In this document: piece by piece, positions 1 to 10,150 of the stretch
Position numbering within the stretch: position 1 is the first letter of the stretch
How the letters are laid out: each line of letters begins with the position of its first letter
Source: Chloroflexota bacterium
GTDB lineage: Bacteria; Chloroflexota; Limnocylindria; QHBO01
Assembly: GCA_038040195.1 (NCBI GenBank)
Contig: JBBPIR010000002.1
Coordinates: 69,296-133,295 of the forward strand
Direction of reading: 5' to 3'
Length of the DNA stretch: 64,000 nucleotides
Position numbers and translations under genes: made by a program
The notes under the pieces: model-generated
What the model saw: only the letters and a program-made list of their open reading frames with translations
Database searches by the model: none
What the model was told of the DNA's origin: nothing

Positions 1-73
1 CCCGTATTACCCGCTGATCGTCGTTCCGCTGCTGGCGGCCATCTTCCTGTTCTGGCGGCGCGCCCGGCTCCAC

Positions 74-2176
74 ATGGCCGTTCTGCGGGCCGGGAAGCCG
101 CTCGGACGCATGGACAAGCCCAGGGAACGCATCTGGGGCGTCCTGCGCTACGTCATTGCGCAGGAACGCCTGCTGCGCGACCCGGTCCCGGGCCTCATGC
201 ACGCCTTCGTGTTCTGGGGCTTCCTGGTCCTGCTGGTCACCACCGGCAACTACCTCCTCAACGGTCTGGTCGAGGCCATCGTGACCGCCATCCCGCTCGT
301 CGGCGGCCTGCTGTGGGCGCTCGCCATCTTTGGCGCGAATGCGTTCATCGGGCTGGTGCTGGTCGGGATCGGCTATTCGGCATTCCGGCGCATCGTCATC
401 CGCCCCGCGCGGTTGGCGCTCAGCAAGGACGCCTTCGTGATCCTGGGCCTCATCGGCCTGGTCGTGCTCACCGAAGCCTTCGCCGACGCCTTCGGCTATG
501 TGCTGGAGCCGAACAACCCGACCCGCATCGTGGCCGTGATCGCCGGGCCGCTGAGCCTCCCGCTGGAGCTGTTCGGCACCAACGTCGCGGCGGTCGGCTT
601 CGGCGTCTTCGCGTGGGCCCACGTGCTGTCCGTCATGGCCTTCGGAACCTACCTGCCGTACAGCAAGCACCTCCACATCATCAGCAGCGAGCCGAACGTC
701 TACCTGCGCAACCTCGAGCCACTCGGCGCGCTGCGCAAGATGGACCTCGAGGCCGAGCCGCCGGCCAACGGGGGCGCCACCTTCGGGGCCGCGGCCCTGC
801 GCGACCTGACCTGGCGCCACCTGCTCGACCCGCTGGCCTGCACCGAGTGCGGGCGCTGCATGGAGTTCTGTCCGGCTTCGATGAGCGGCAAGACGCTGTC
901 ACCCAAACACCTTATGGAGGGCCTGCGCGACCAGATCGTGGCTGCCGAGACCGCGCTCGGTGCCGCGGCCGGTGCTCAGCGTGCGGCTAAAGGCGGCGCC
1001 AACGGGGGACCGGAGGCATCGGACCACTCGCTGTCCCTGGCCCGCCAGCGCGCGCTCGACGCAATGAGCCTGCCCCTGGTCGACAACGCCATCCCGGAGG
1101 AGGCGGTTTGGCAGTGCACGACGTGCGGGTGGTGCGTCGAGGGGTGCCCGGTGCTCATCGAGCACGTCGACACCATCGTCGAGATCCGCCGCAACCTGGT
1201 TTTGGAAGAGAGCCGCTTCCCGCGCGAGCTCCAGGCCGCGTTCCGGAACATGGAGACCGCCGGCAACCCGTGGGGCCAGCCGCGGTCGGCGCGGCTGGAC
1301 TGGGCCAAGGGCCTCGACGTATCGGTCCTGGGACAGCCGAACGGACAGACCGATGGAGAGGCCGTAGCCGAGTCCGAATCTGCACCCGAGGGAATCCTGT
1401 ACTGGGTCGGCTGCGCCGGAGCGTTCGACGAACGGAACCGCAAGGTGGTGCGCGCCATGGCCGCTCTGCTGCGGCAGGCCGGCATCCCGTTCTCGGTGCT
1501 CGGATCAGGGGAGACGTGCAGCGGTGATCCCGCCCGTCGGGCGGGCAACGAGTACCTGTTCCAGATCCTGGCCGAGGAGAACGTGGCGACCCTCACCAAC
1601 GCCCACAACGAGCATGGGATTCGGACCGTGGTCGCGTCCTGCCCGCATTGTTTCAACACCATTCGCAACGAATACCCGCAGTTCGGGCTGAGCGGGATCG
1701 AGGTCATCCACCACACCCAGCTCCTCGAAACCCTGCTCGCCGACGGGCGGCTCAAGCCGGTGTTCGGTGTCAGCCACCGGGCCATCGCCTACCACGATGC
1801 CTGCTATCTGGGTCGCTACAACGACGTGTACGAGCCGGGCCGGCGGGTGGTCGAGGGCGTGCCGGGCAACGAGGTGGTCGAGATGGACCTCCATCATCGG
1901 CGCGGAATGTGCTGCGGTGCGGGCGGGGCCCGGATGTGGATGGAGGAGCACGAGGGTCGGCGCATCAACCACGTCCGCACCGAGCAGGCGCTCGGCACCG
2001 GGGCCGCGGCCATCGCCACCGCGTGCCCGTTCTGCCTGGTCATGCTCCGCGACGGGACCAACGACCTCGGGCGCGAGGACGTGCCGGTCCGAGACGTGGC
2101 CGAGCTGCTGGCGGATGCCACCGGGGTCTGGATCCGTGACGCGGCTGCCACGGCCGAAGCCGCCCGCCTGACCTGA
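74..2176 (+). CDS. Membrane-anchored iron-sulfur-binding reductase with two 4Fe-4S ferredoxin motifs and two CCG cysteine-rich domains. Rv0338c/EtfD-like; HdrD/GlcF-related.
   Basis: Hydrophobic N-terminal segments. CTECGRCMEFCP and CTTCGWCVEGCP match CxxCxxCxxxCP. C-terminal CPHCF...CCGAGG CCG-type repeats. The frame stays open back to window position 2, so the true 5-prime end may lie upstream of the window. Confidence 0.8.
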   Translation: MAVLRAGKPLGRMDKPRERIWGVLRYVIAQERLLRDPVPGLMHAFVFWGFLVLLVTTGNYLLNGLVEAIVTAIPLVGGLLWALAIFGANAFIGLVLVGIGYSAFRRIVIRPARLALSKDAFVILGLIGLVVLTEAFADAFGYVLEPNNPTRIVAVIAGPLSLPLELFGTNVAAVGFGVFAWAHVLSVMAFGTYLPYSKHLHIISSEPNVYLRNLEPLGALRKMDLEAEPPANGGATFGAAALRDLTWRHLLDPLACTECGRCMEFCPASMSGKTLSPKHLMEGLRDQIVAAETALGAAAGAQRAAKGGANGGPEASDHSLSLARQRALDAMSLPLVDNAIPEEAVWQCTTCGWCVEGCPVLIEHVDTIVEIRRNLVLEESRFPRELQAAFRNMETAGNPWGQPRSARLDWAKGLDVSVLGQPNGQTDGEAVAESESAPEGILYWVGCAGAFDERNRKVVRAMAALLRQAGIPFSVLGSGETCSGDPARRAGNEYLFQILAEENVATLTNAHNEHGIRTVVASCPHCFNTIRNEYPQFGLSGIEVIHHTQLLETLLADGRLKPVFGVSHRAIAYHDACYLGRYNDVYEPGRRVVEGVPGNEVVEMDLHHRRGMCCGAGGARMWMEEHEGRRINHVRTEQALGTGAAAIATACPFCLVMLRDGTNDLGREDVPVRDVAELLADATGVWIRDAAATAEAARLT

Positions 2177-2219
2177 CAGGCAAGGTATTCTCGCGCCGAC
2201 CGCACGAGAAACGAACCGC

Positions 2220-3623
2220 ATGGCACTGACCCAGACGAGCCGCATCAACCGCCAGCGCCTCGCCCAGCTGGCCGCGCGCGAGCAGGCGTCCTACCGCGAG
2301 CGGACCGCGAAGAGCCGGGCCCTACTGGAGCGGGCCAAGCAGTCGCTCCCGATGGGGGTGGCCAGCTCGTTCCAGGTCTACGACCCGTACCCGACGTTCA
2401 TGAGCGAGGCCCGCGGGTCACGCATCTGGGACGCGGATGGCAACGAGTACATCGACTTCGACATGGCCTTTGGGGTCCTCGCCGCCGGCCACAGCCACCC
2501 CGAGGTCGTGGAGGCCGTCCGCGAGCGTGTCGGCCGGGGCACGATCTTCACCTTCCCGTCCGAGGAGGGGGCGGTGGCCGCCGAGGAGATCCGCCGCCGC
2601 TTCGGGATGGACCTGGTCCGCTTCGGCAACTCGGGGACCGAGGTCACGATGGATGCCCTCCGCATCGCCCGCGGGTTCACTGGCCGCGACAAGATCGTGA
2701 AGTTCGAGGGCGGATATCACGGCCATCACGATGACGTCCTGATCAGCATCCTGCCCCCGGCCGAGCTCATGGGCCCGGTCGACGCCCCGAACTCGGTGCC
2801 CGCCTCGGCCGGCATCCCCCGGTCACGCCTCGAGGACACCGTGGTCGCGCCGTTCAACAATGCCGACGCGCTGGAGGCCATCCTCGAGCGCCACCGCGGT
2901 GAGATCGCGGCCATCATCGTCGAGCCCATCCAGTACAACATCGGGGTCGTCCCGCCGCTTCCCGGGTTCCTGGAGCGCGTCCGCGAGCTGGCCACCACCC
3001 ACGGGGCGGTCCTCATCTTCGACGAAGTGAAGACCGGAGTCGTGATCGCCTACGGCGGCGGCACCCAACGCTTCGGGGTCCAGCCCGACATGGTGTGCCT
3101 GGCCAAGAGCATCGGCGGCGGGCTCCCGGTGGCGGCCATCGCCGGTCGCGATGCCGTCATGCGCGTGGTGGAGAGCGGTGCCACCACGACCAGTCTTGGT
3201 GCTGCCGACCACGTGGCCCACCAGGGCACCTACAACGGCAACCCGGTGTCCATGGCGGCCACCGTGGCGACCTTGACCCGAGTCCTGATCCCGGACGTGT
3301 ATCCGGAGCTGGAGCGGCTGGGCGACCGGCTTCGGTCCGAGTGCCAGGCGGTCCTCGAGGAGCACCACCTGCCCGGTTACGCGATCAACGTCGGCGCCAA
3401 GGGCGCGGTCCTGTTCAGCTCCAAGCGGGTGACGAACTACCGCGACTTCATCGGCCTCGACGAGGAGCTGTGGACCGCGTTCTACTTCTTCCTGGCCAAT
3501 CGCGGCATCCTCCTGCCTCCGGGGCCGGATGAGCAGTGGACCCTGTCGGTGGCGCACACGGATGCGGACATCGACCGGCACGTGGAGGTGTTCCGGGAGT
3601 TCGCCCGCGAGCTGAGCGGCTGA
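2220..3623 (+). CDS. Class III PLP-dependent aminotransferase (glutamate-1-semialdehyde 2,1-aminomutase-like).
   Basis: Typical class III fold motifs: GNSGTEV, DEVKTG, and AKSIGGG with the PLP lysine. 467 aa. Confidence 0.8.
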   Translation: MALTQTSRINRQRLAQLAAREQASYRERTAKSRALLERAKQSLPMGVASSFQVYDPYPTFMSEARGSRIWDADGNEYIDFDMAFGVLAAGHSHPEVVEAVRERVGRGTIFTFPSEEGAVAAEEIRRRFGMDLVRFGNSGTEVTMDALRIARGFTGRDKIVKFEGGYHGHHDDVLISILPPAELMGPVDAPNSVPASAGIPRSRLEDTVVAPFNNADALEAILERHRGEIAAIIVEPIQYNIGVVPPLPGFLERVRELATTHGAVLIFDEVKTGVVIAYGGGTQRFGVQPDMVCLAKSIGGGLPVAAIAGRDAVMRVVESGATTTSLGAADHVAHQGTYNGNPVSMAATVATLTRVLIPDVYPELERLGDRLRSECQAVLEEHHLPGYAINVGAKGAVLFSSKRVTNYRDFIGLDEELWTAFYFFLANRGILLPPGPDEQWTLSVAHTDADIDRHVEVFREFARELSG

Positions 3624-3642
3624 GCGTTAGACTCGCGCCACT

Positions 3643-4851
3643 TTGGCCCCACTGACATCCACCGAGAGTCAGGCCTCGGCGACCGGGTATCGGCTCAGCC
3701 GTGAGCACGATGAGCTACGGGCGCTCGTTCGGCGGCTGGCCGAGGAGCGGATTGCGCCCCGGGCAGCGGAGATCGACGAGAAGGCGGAGTTCCCGTGGGA
3801 CCTCAAGCAGCTGCTGGCCGAGCATGACCTGCTGGGGACGTGCTTCTCCGAGCGTCACGGGGGAACCGCCCTGGACGGGATCGGGCAGGCGATCGTGGTC
3901 GAGGAGGTGGCCCGCGCCGACGCGACCACCAGCCTGATCCCGATCATCCAGAAGCTCGGCGCGCTGCCGATCATGCTGGCCGGGAGTGAGGAACAGAAGG
4001 ACCGATACTTCCCGCGCTTGGCGTCCGGGGAGTGGCTTCCGGCCTTCGCCCTGACCGAGGACAGCGCGGGCAGCGACGTGGCCTCTCTCCGGATGCGCGC
4101 CCGCCGTGACGGGGACGACTACCTCCTGACCGGCACCAAGCGCTTCATCACCCATGGCTCGGTGGCCAACCTGCTCTCCGTGTTCGCCCTGACCGATGCG
4201 GAGGCCGGCGGCCGAAAAGGGATGAGCGCGTTCATCGTGGAGACCGATACGCCCGGCTTCTCGGTGGCCCGCCTGGAGCACAAGATGGGCATCCGTGGCT
4301 CGCCCACCGCCGAATTGACCTTCGACGAGGTCAGGGTTCCGGCCGCCAACCGGCTGGGCGAGGAAGGCGACGGCTTCAAGATCGCGATGTCGACCCTGGA
4401 CCGATCCCGCCTGGCGATCGCCTCCCAGGCGGTGGGGATCGCCCAGGGCGCCACCGATGCGGCCCTGGCCTACGCCGCCGAGCGGCGTCAGTTCGGGGAG
4501 CGGATCGTCGACTTCCAGGCCATCCAGTTCATGCTGGCCGACATGGCGTCGCAGACCGAGGCCGCCCGTCAGCTGACGTACGCCGCCTGCGCCCGCGTCG
4601 ACGACGAGGACCCGAACCTCGCCTACTGGACCAGCGCCGCCAAGCTCATAGCGGGCGACACGGCCATGCGGGCCACCACCGATGCGGTCCAGATCTTCGG
4701 CGGGTACGGGTACATCACCGAGTACCCGGTGGAGCGGATGATGCGGGACGCCAAGATCACCCAGCTCTACGAGGGGACACAGCAGATCCAGCGCCTGGTC
4801 ATCGCTCGCCGTCTGCTGGCGCGGGCCGGCATCGAATCGCGCAGCCGGTAG
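3643..4851 (+). CDS. Acyl-CoA dehydrogenase.
   Basis: ACAD N-terminal, middle and C-terminal domain signatures: FALTEDSAGSD, YDGTKRFITHG-like, QIFGGYGY. The start may be slightly downstream. Confidence 0.85.
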   Translation: MAPLTSTESQASATGYRLSREHDELRALVRRLAEERIAPRAAEIDEKAEFPWDLKQLLAEHDLLGTCFSERHGGTALDGIGQAIVVEEVARADATTSLIPIIQKLGALPIMLAGSEEQKDRYFPRLASGEWLPAFALTEDSAGSDVASLRMRARRDGDDYLLTGTKRFITHGSVANLLSVFALTDAEAGGRKGMSAFIVETDTPGFSVARLEHKMGIRGSPTAELTFDEVRVPAANRLGEEGDGFKIAMSTLDRSRLAIASQAVGIAQGATDAALAYAAERRQFGERIVDFQAIQFMLADMASQTEAARQLTYAACARVDDEDPNLAYWTSAAKLIAGDTAMRATTDAVQIFGGYGYITEYPVERMMRDAKITQLYEGTQQIQRLVIARRLLARAGIESRSR

Positions 4852-4869
4852 GCGAGGGACGTTTCGCGC

Positions 4870-5649
4870 GTGAAGATCGTGGTCTGCGTCAAGCAGGTGC
4901 CGGCCACCACCGCCGAGAAGCGCTACACCTCGGAACTCAGGTTGGACCGCGCGGCGACCGAGGCGGTCATCAACCCCCTGGACGAGTACGCCATCGAGCA
5001 GGCCCTGCGCCTGAAGGAGGGCGGGGTTGTGGACGAGGTCGTGTACCTATCCATGGGCCCCGATTCGGCGTCCGAGGCGCTCCGCCGGTCTCTGGCCATG
5101 GGGGGCGACGGGGGAGTGCTGGTCACCGACCCTGCGCTGGCCGGCGCCGACGAGTGGGTGACCGCCCGGGTCCTGGCCGCCGCTCTGGACAAGCTGGCTC
5201 CCGAGGTGTCGCTGATGGGCATGGCCTCCGACGACGCGCGCGGCTCGTTGGTCCCCGGTGCGGTGGCCGCCATCCGCGGCGTGCCGCTGCTGGCCTACGG
5301 CTCCGAGCTGCGCCTGACCGATGGCGCCGCGCAGATCCGCCGTCTGAACCCGACCGGTTTCGACCTCCTGGAGGCCCCGTTGCCGGTCGTGGCCAGCGTC
5401 ACCGACCAGGTGGGGGAGCCGCGGTACGCCAGCCTGAAGGGGATCATGGCCGCCCGTCGCATGGAGCTCACGACCTGGGCGCTGGCGGATCTTGGGCTGG
5501 ATCCCGCCGATCTGGCACCGCTGACCCGGGTGGTGGCCGCGGACCCGCCGCCGGCCAAGCCGCCCGCCCAGGTCATCTCCGGCGTGGCGCCCGATGAAGC
5601 GGCGTCGCGGGTTGCCGACTGGCTGGCCGAGCGGAAGCTGATCGCCTGA
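4870..5649 (+). CDS. etfB: Electron transfer flavoprotein beta subunit.
   Basis: [11 protein letters not shown]... typical EtfB/FixA N-terminus. GTG start. Immediately upstream of etfA. Confidence 0.85.
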   Translation: MKIVVCVKQVPATTAEKRYTSELRLDRAATEAVINPLDEYAIEQALRLKEGGVVDEVVYLSMGPDSASEALRRSLAMGGDGGVLVTDPALAGADEWVTARVLAAALDKLAPEVSLMGMASDDARGSLVPGAVAAIRGVPLLAYGSELRLTDGAAQIRRLNPTGFDLLEAPLPVVASVTDQVGEPRYASLKGIMAARRMELTTWALADLGLDPADLAPLTRVVAADPPPAKPPAQVISGVAPDEAASRVADWLAERKLIA

Positions 5650-6626
5650 TGGCCGACGTCGCGTTCCTGGCCGAGTTCGTCGACGGTCACCCCACGCGGT
5701 CTGCCCTCGAGCTGGCGGCCGGCGCGGCGGAGCTTGCCGCGGCCGCCGGGGGAGGGGCGGTGGGTTTGGCCTACGGACCCGGCGCTGCGGATGGCGCGGC
5801 GGGCCTGGGAGCGGCCGGGGCGGCCCGGGTCGTCGTGCTCGGCTCGGAGGCCGCACCGGCGGTCACGATCGCGGGCCCCCTCGTCGAAGCGGTCCGCGAC
5901 GCGGGCCTGGTGGCCGTCCTCGCCCCTGCCACGCCCGACGGCCGTGACCTGTCCGGGGTCCTGGTCGGGTCCCTCGGACTGCCCGGTTTCGGGCCGGTTC
6001 GGGCAGTACGAATGGAGGGTGGCGCAGTCCGGTGCGAGATGTCCACGCTTCAGGGTGCAATGATCACTGCGTCCCAGCCGGCGCCATCCGCGCCGGCGAC
6101 GTCCGTTGTGCTGGTCAGCTCCGGCACCTACGCCCCATCTGAGGGCGGCAGCGGGACGGCCGTGGTCAGCCAGGCCCCGGCCGCCGACAGCCCGCAGGCC
6201 AAGGTCCGCATTGTGGAGACTGCCGCGGAGGCTGCCGCCATCGCCGCTCTCGAGGAGGCGGAGATTATCGTCGCCGGCGGTCGAGGGGTGGGCAGCGAGG
6301 CCGGCTTCGAGGCCCTGAACCAGCTGGCGGCCGTATTGGGCGGTGTGGTTGGCGCCAGCCGAGCAGCGGCTGATGCGGGATGGGTACCGTATCAGCTGCA
6401 GATCGGTCAGACTGGAAAGGTCGTGAAACCCGCCCTCTACCTGGCCGTCGGCATCAGCGGCGCCATCCAGCACCGGGTGGGGATGCAGGCTGCGGAGCAC
6501 ATCGTGGCCATCAACCGCGATCCCGATGCGCCCATCGGCGAGTTCGCTGACCTGTTCGTCGTGGGCGACCTGTTCGAGATCGTGCCGCGCCTGACGGCAG
6601 AGATCGAACGGCGGAAGGGGGCATGA
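5649..6626 (+). CDS. etfA: Electron transfer flavoprotein alpha subunit.
   Basis: C-terminal FAD-binding signature [10 protein letters not shown]...[23 protein letters not shown] overlap with etfB. Confidence 0.85.
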   Translation: MADVAFLAEFVDGHPTRSALELAAGAAELAAAAGGGAVGLAYGPGAADGAAGLGAAGAARVVVLGSEAAPAVTIAGPLVEAVRDAGLVAVLAPATPDGRDLSGVLVGSLGLPGFGPVRAVRMEGGAVRCEMSTLQGAMITASQPAPSAPATSVVLVSSGTYAPSEGGSGTAVVSQAPAADSPQAKVRIVETAAEAAAIAALEEAEIIVAGGRGVGSEAGFEALNQLAAVLGGVVGASRAAADAGWVPYQLQIGQTGKVVKPALYLAVGISGAIQHRVGMQAAEHIVAINRDPDAPIGEFADLFVVGDLFEIVPRLTAEIERRKGA

Positions 6627-7138
6627 GCGTGGCGATGTTCCGTCGGCGCTTTTCCGAACACCTCGATGCGGGGCAGCTGACCTCGTATCGGAAGGCCATG
6701 GGTCCGCGCATCGAGCGCATCGAGGCCCTGTGCGACACGGTGAGCGAGATCGCCGACGACCTGCGGCGCAAGACTCGCGAGCCGGATGAGATCGACGAGC
6801 ACCTGGCCAAGGCCGAGTCCGAGCTGGACGAGATCGCGCTGTCGGTCGCTGAGCAGCTGGCGCCTGAACCGTTGCAGGCCCTCCACGCCGAGTTCGACGC
6901 CAACCTGGAGCGCGCCCTGCGGGGCGTGGTGACCATCGAGCGCGGCTGCGGGCTGACCCGGATTCCTCACGCGACGATCTACGACGACGAGCCGCAGGCA
7001 TACTGGAAGCAGGGCCACCTGAATGTCGTCCACGCCCAGATGCGGATGCGTGAGATCGCCGAGGTCCTGTTCGCCTGGAAGGCCGGCGCGCCGGCCGAGG
7101 CCTCGGTCACGGCCCGCATCCACCAGATCGGGGCCTGA
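6623..7138 (+). CDS. Hypothetical cytoplasmic helical protein.
   Basis: 171-aa ORF with coding-like composition and a 4-bp overlap with the etfA stop. No recognisable domain. Confidence 0.35.
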   Translation: MSVAMFRRRFSEHLDAGQLTSYRKAMGPRIERIEALCDTVSEIADDLRRKTREPDEIDEHLAKAESELDEIALSVAEQLAPEPLQALHAEFDANLERALRGVVTIERGCGLTRIPHATIYDDEPQAYWKQGHLNVVHAQMRMREIAEVLFAWKAGAPAEASVTARIHQIGA

Positions 7139-7149
7139 CGGCCGGTCGA

Positions 7150-7200
7150 AAGCGCCACATCTTGTGGTATGGTACCCATCGGTACCACCCGTGGTGTAGT
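7150..7200 (+). promoter_or_regulatory. Cluster of short palindromes upstream of nrdR; candidate operator/promoter.
   Basis: CCACAtctTGTGG (7155-7167), GGTACCcatcGGTACC (7171-7186) and CACCcgtGGTG, all within 70 bp of the nrdR start codon. Confidence 0.35.
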
Positions 7201-7220
7201 TTGAGCCGGAGAGGAGCCAC

Positions 7221-7691
7221 ATGCGCTGTCCGCGCTGCAACGAGTCGGGAACGCGCGTCATCGACTCTCGTGACCTGGAGAACGGCAGCAGCATCCGCCG
7301 CCGTCGCGAATGCGAGACGTGCGCCTTTCGGTTCACGACCTACGAACGCCCCGAGGGGGCGCGGCTGATCGTCGTCAAGCGCGACGGGTCGCGGGAGGAG
7401 TTCGAGCGCGCCAAGGTGCTGGCTGGTCTCATGAAGGCCTGCGAGAAGCGACCGGTGACCCTGGCCCGCCTGGAAGCGGCGGCCGATGAGATCGAAGCCC
7501 GCCTCCGCGAGCGCGGGGACGGCGAGGTCAGCTCCAAGGACGTCGGCAAGCTGGCCACCGAGGCACTGCGCGGGATCGACCAGCTGGCCTACATCCGGTT
7601 CGCATCGGTCTATCACAGCTACGAGGACCTCGGGACGCTCAAGCGGGAGGTGGACCGCCTCATCCGTCAGCGGAGCGGGCCCAGCGAGTGA
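7221..7691 (+). CDS. nrdR: Transcriptional repressor NrdR.
   Basis: N-terminal zinc ribbon CPRCxxxxTRVIDSR...CETCAFRF followed by an ATP-cone. Confidence 0.9.
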   Translation: MRCPRCNESGTRVIDSRDLENGSSIRRRRECETCAFRFTTYERPEGARLIVVKRDGSREEFERAKVLAGLMKACEKRPVTLARLEAAADEIEARLRERGDGEVSSKDVGKLATEALRGIDQLAYIRFASVYHSYEDLGTLKREVDRLIRQRSGPSE

Positions 7692-8281
7692 TCCTGTCCG
7701 ACCGGGACATCCGGGCGGAGCTGGCGGCCGGCCGGATCGTCATCGACCCGTTCGACCCCGACGCGGTCCAACCCTCAAGCGTAGACCTGCACCTGGACCG
7801 CTCGTTTCGCGTGTTCCGCAACACGCGCTACCCGTTCATCGACGTCCGCGAGGAGCAGCCGGACCTCACCGAACTGGTCACGATCGCCGGTGACGAACCG
7901 TTCATCCTGCATCCCGGCGAGTTCGTCTTGGGCTCGACCTTCGAGCGCGTCGCGCTGCCCGACGACCTGGTCGCCCGCCTTGAGGGCAAGTCCAGCCTGG
8001 GCCGGCTGGGACTCCTCATCCACTCCACCGCCGGCTACGTCGATCCCGGCTGGGACGGCCACCTGACGCTCGAGCTGTCGAACGTGGCCAACCTGCCGAT
8101 TACCCTGCTGGACGGGATGAAGATCGGCCAGATCAGCTTCCAGCGCCTGAGCAGCCCGGTCGATCGGGCGTACGGCGACCCCGCCCTCGGCTCGCGCTAC
8201 CGCGGCCAGACCGAACCCACCGCCAGCCGCTACTTCGCCGATTTCGAGCGCGGCCGCGCGCGACGCGCCGACCGCGACTGA
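7688..8281 (+). CDS. dcd: dCTP deaminase.
   Basis: MILSDRDIR...VDLHL...[10 protein letters not shown] typical Dcd. GTG start overlapping the nrdR stop. Confidence 0.9.
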   Translation: MILSDRDIRAELAAGRIVIDPFDPDAVQPSSVDLHLDRSFRVFRNTRYPFIDVREEQPDLTELVTIAGDEPFILHPGEFVLGSTFERVALPDDLVARLEGKSSLGRLGLLIHSTAGYVDPGWDGHLTLELSNVANLPITLLDGMKIGQISFQRLSSPVDRAYGDPALGSRYRGQTEPTASRYFADFERGRARRADRD

Positions 8282-8298
8282 CGGGACCGAGGCGCGGC

Positions 8299-9171
8299 AT
8301 GCCCGAGCCGCTGTACGCCATCACGCCCCCCGCCGAAGCTCGGCCCTTTTCCGGCGGGGTCCTGGTCCGGGTCGTACGGGCCGGCTGGTTCCGGCCCGAC
8401 GCGGGCGGCTTCTTCGGGGTAGTGCCTCAACCCCTCTGGTCCCGCTTAGCCCAGACCGATGAGCGTGGCCGGATCGTGTGCCGGCTCAACCTCTTGCTGG
8501 TCGAGGCCGGTGGAAAGCGGATCCTGGTCGAGACCGGCACCGGGCTCCGGATGACCGCGCGCGACCGCGACATCAAGGGGGTTGAGGGCGGCGACCCGGT
8601 CGCAGCCCTGCAAGCGGTGGGCGAGGACCCGGACCGGATTGATTTCGTGGTCCTCAGCCACCTCCACTACGACCACGCCGGGGGCATGGTCGGGGCCGAT
8701 GGGCGGCCTGCGTTTCGGAACGCCCGGTACGTCGTCCAGCGCGACGAGGCTCGGGCGGCGCACGGTGACGAGCTGCGCCTGGCCGGGATCATGGAGCGCG
8801 ACCAGCTGGCCGTGGTCCAGGCCGCGGGGCAGCTGGCCGAGGTCCATGGCGACGTCGAGCTGGTGGAAGGGGTGACCGTTGCCCGCACCGGCGGCCACAC
8901 GCGCGGGTCGCAGGCAGTTCTACTGGGCCGTGCCGAGGCCCAGGGGGAGCGGGGCATCTTCTTCGGCGACCTGATTCCCACTCGCTGGCAGCTCCCCGTG
9001 CGCTGGACGAGCGCCTACGACGACTATCCCATCGAGGCCGTGGAGGTCCGGCAAGCGCTCGTCAGCCGCGCCGCGGCGGACGGCTGGTGGTGCTACTTCA
9101 CCCACGATCCGGGCGACCTGCCCATCCGGATTGAGGCCACGGAGAAGGGGTTCGCGGTCCGCGCCGAGTGA
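8299..9171 (+). CDS. MBL-fold metallo-hydrolase.
   Basis: HLHYDHAGG metal-binding motif plus downstream His/Asp ligands. Confidence 0.75.
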   Translation: MPEPLYAITPPAEARPFSGGVLVRVVRAGWFRPDAGGFFGVVPQPLWSRLAQTDERGRIVCRLNLLLVEAGGKRILVETGTGLRMTARDRDIKGVEGGDPVAALQAVGEDPDRIDFVVLSHLHYDHAGGMVGADGRPAFRNARYVVQRDEARAAHGDELRLAGIMERDQLAVVQAAGQLAEVHGDVELVEGVTVARTGGHTRGSQAVLLGRAEAQGERGIFFGDLIPTRWQLPVRWTSAYDDYPIEAVEVRQALVSRAAADGWWCYFTHDPGDLPIRIEATEKGFAVRAE

Positions 9172-9731
9172 TCGTGGGGCGCGTGGTCCTGTCGGCCTCA
9201 CCCATGAGTACCCCTCCCGGTGACGGGGCAGGGTGTGGCATTCTGGCAACAGGTCATGCCGTGCTGACGCGCCCCGATTACCAATCCCCAGCGCCTCCGC
9301 TGCTCCGTGCAGCGGGGGTTCTGCTCGCGCTGCTCGTGGTCCTCACCGCGTGTGACGCGATAGGCGGAGTCGGTGGCACGCCCACCCCGCGCGGCACGTC
9401 GCGGCCGGCGGCCACCCCCCGGCCGACGCCCGAGCCCACGCCTCCGCCCGGGGCGGTGGTCCTCGACGTCCAGGACCGACAGTTCAGTACGGCCATCATT
9501 GAGGCCGTGGCCGGAGTGCCGACGGTGGTGTACTTCACCAACCACGACGAGGCGAACCACAACCTGACCGTCTACCGCAACGCGTCGCTGGACCTGGAGC
9601 TGTTCCGGGGCGAGATCTTCACCGGGCCCGACGCGACGGTCATCTACGAGATCCCGGCCCTCGCCGCCGGCGAGTACTACTTCTCGTGCTTCGTCACCCC
9701 CTCCATGCACGGGCGGTTCATCGTTCGCTGA
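9168..9731 (+). CDS. Cupredoxin-like copper-binding lipoprotein (copy 1).
   Basis: Signal/lipobox LLALLVVLTAC. C-terminal YYFSCFVTPSMHG and an upstream NH..H. Paralogous to the next gene. The real start is probably internal (ATG 9204 or GTG 9261). Confidence 0.55.
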   Translation: MIVGRVVLSASPMSTPPGDGAGCGILATGHAVLTRPDYQSPAPPLLRAAGVLLALLVVLTACDAIGGVGGTPTPRGTSRPAATPRPTPEPTPPPGAVVLDVQDRQFSTAIIEAVAGVPTVVYFTNHDEANHNLTVYRNASLDLELFRGEIFTGPDATVIYEIPALAAGEYYFSCFVTPSMHGRFIVR

Positions 9732-9763
9732 CCCTCGGGGCCCTTCGAGTATCATCCCGCCCC

Positions 9764-10144
9764 GTGCGCGCCCGTCTCGGTATTGGACTCGTCCTGCTGC
9801 TCGTTGCTTGCGGCGGCGCCGCCAGCCCCACAGGCTCGGTCGAGTGCCGCGAATCGGTGAACGGGGTGCTCACTGTGACGGCCGATTCGCTGGCCTTCGA
9901 CACGGGCTGCCTGGCCCTGCCGGCCGGTGAGGCGGTCACCATCCGCCTCGTCAACGCCGAGGGCGCCGAGCCCCACGTCGTGGCCATCTACACCGACTCG
10001 TCCAGGTCGAGGCAGTTGTTCAGCGGCGATATCGTCGACGGCGGCGAGTCGATCGACTACCAGATCGATGCGCTCGAGGCGGGGACGTACTACTTCGACT
10101 GCACCATCCACCCGGCCATGAATGGCAGCGTGGTGGTCCAATAG
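9764..10144 (+). CDS. Cupredoxin-like type-1 copper lipoprotein (copy 2).
   Basis: Lipobox LLLVACGG. Canonical C-x2-H-x2-M site (YYFDCTIHPAMNG) plus an upstream His (EPHVV). Internal GTG start chosen; the provided ORF extends further upstream to 9686. Confidence 0.65.
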   Translation: MRARLGIGLVLLLVACGGAASPTGSVECRESVNGVLTVTADSLAFDTGCLALPAGEAVTIRLVNAEGAEPHVVAIYTDSSRSRQLFSGDIVDGGESIDYQIDALEAGTYYFDCTIHPAMNGSVVVQ

Positions 10145-10150
10145 CCCGCG

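Noticed and set aside
313-2248. Many 60-270-aa ORFs on both strands inside the Fe-S reductase gene (e.g. 313..990, 976..1785, 1505..2248).
   Set aside because: They overlap a gene with clear domain content, and their products are Arg/Pro/Gly/Ala-rich low-complexity strings typical of out-of-frame or antisense translation of 70% GC DNA.
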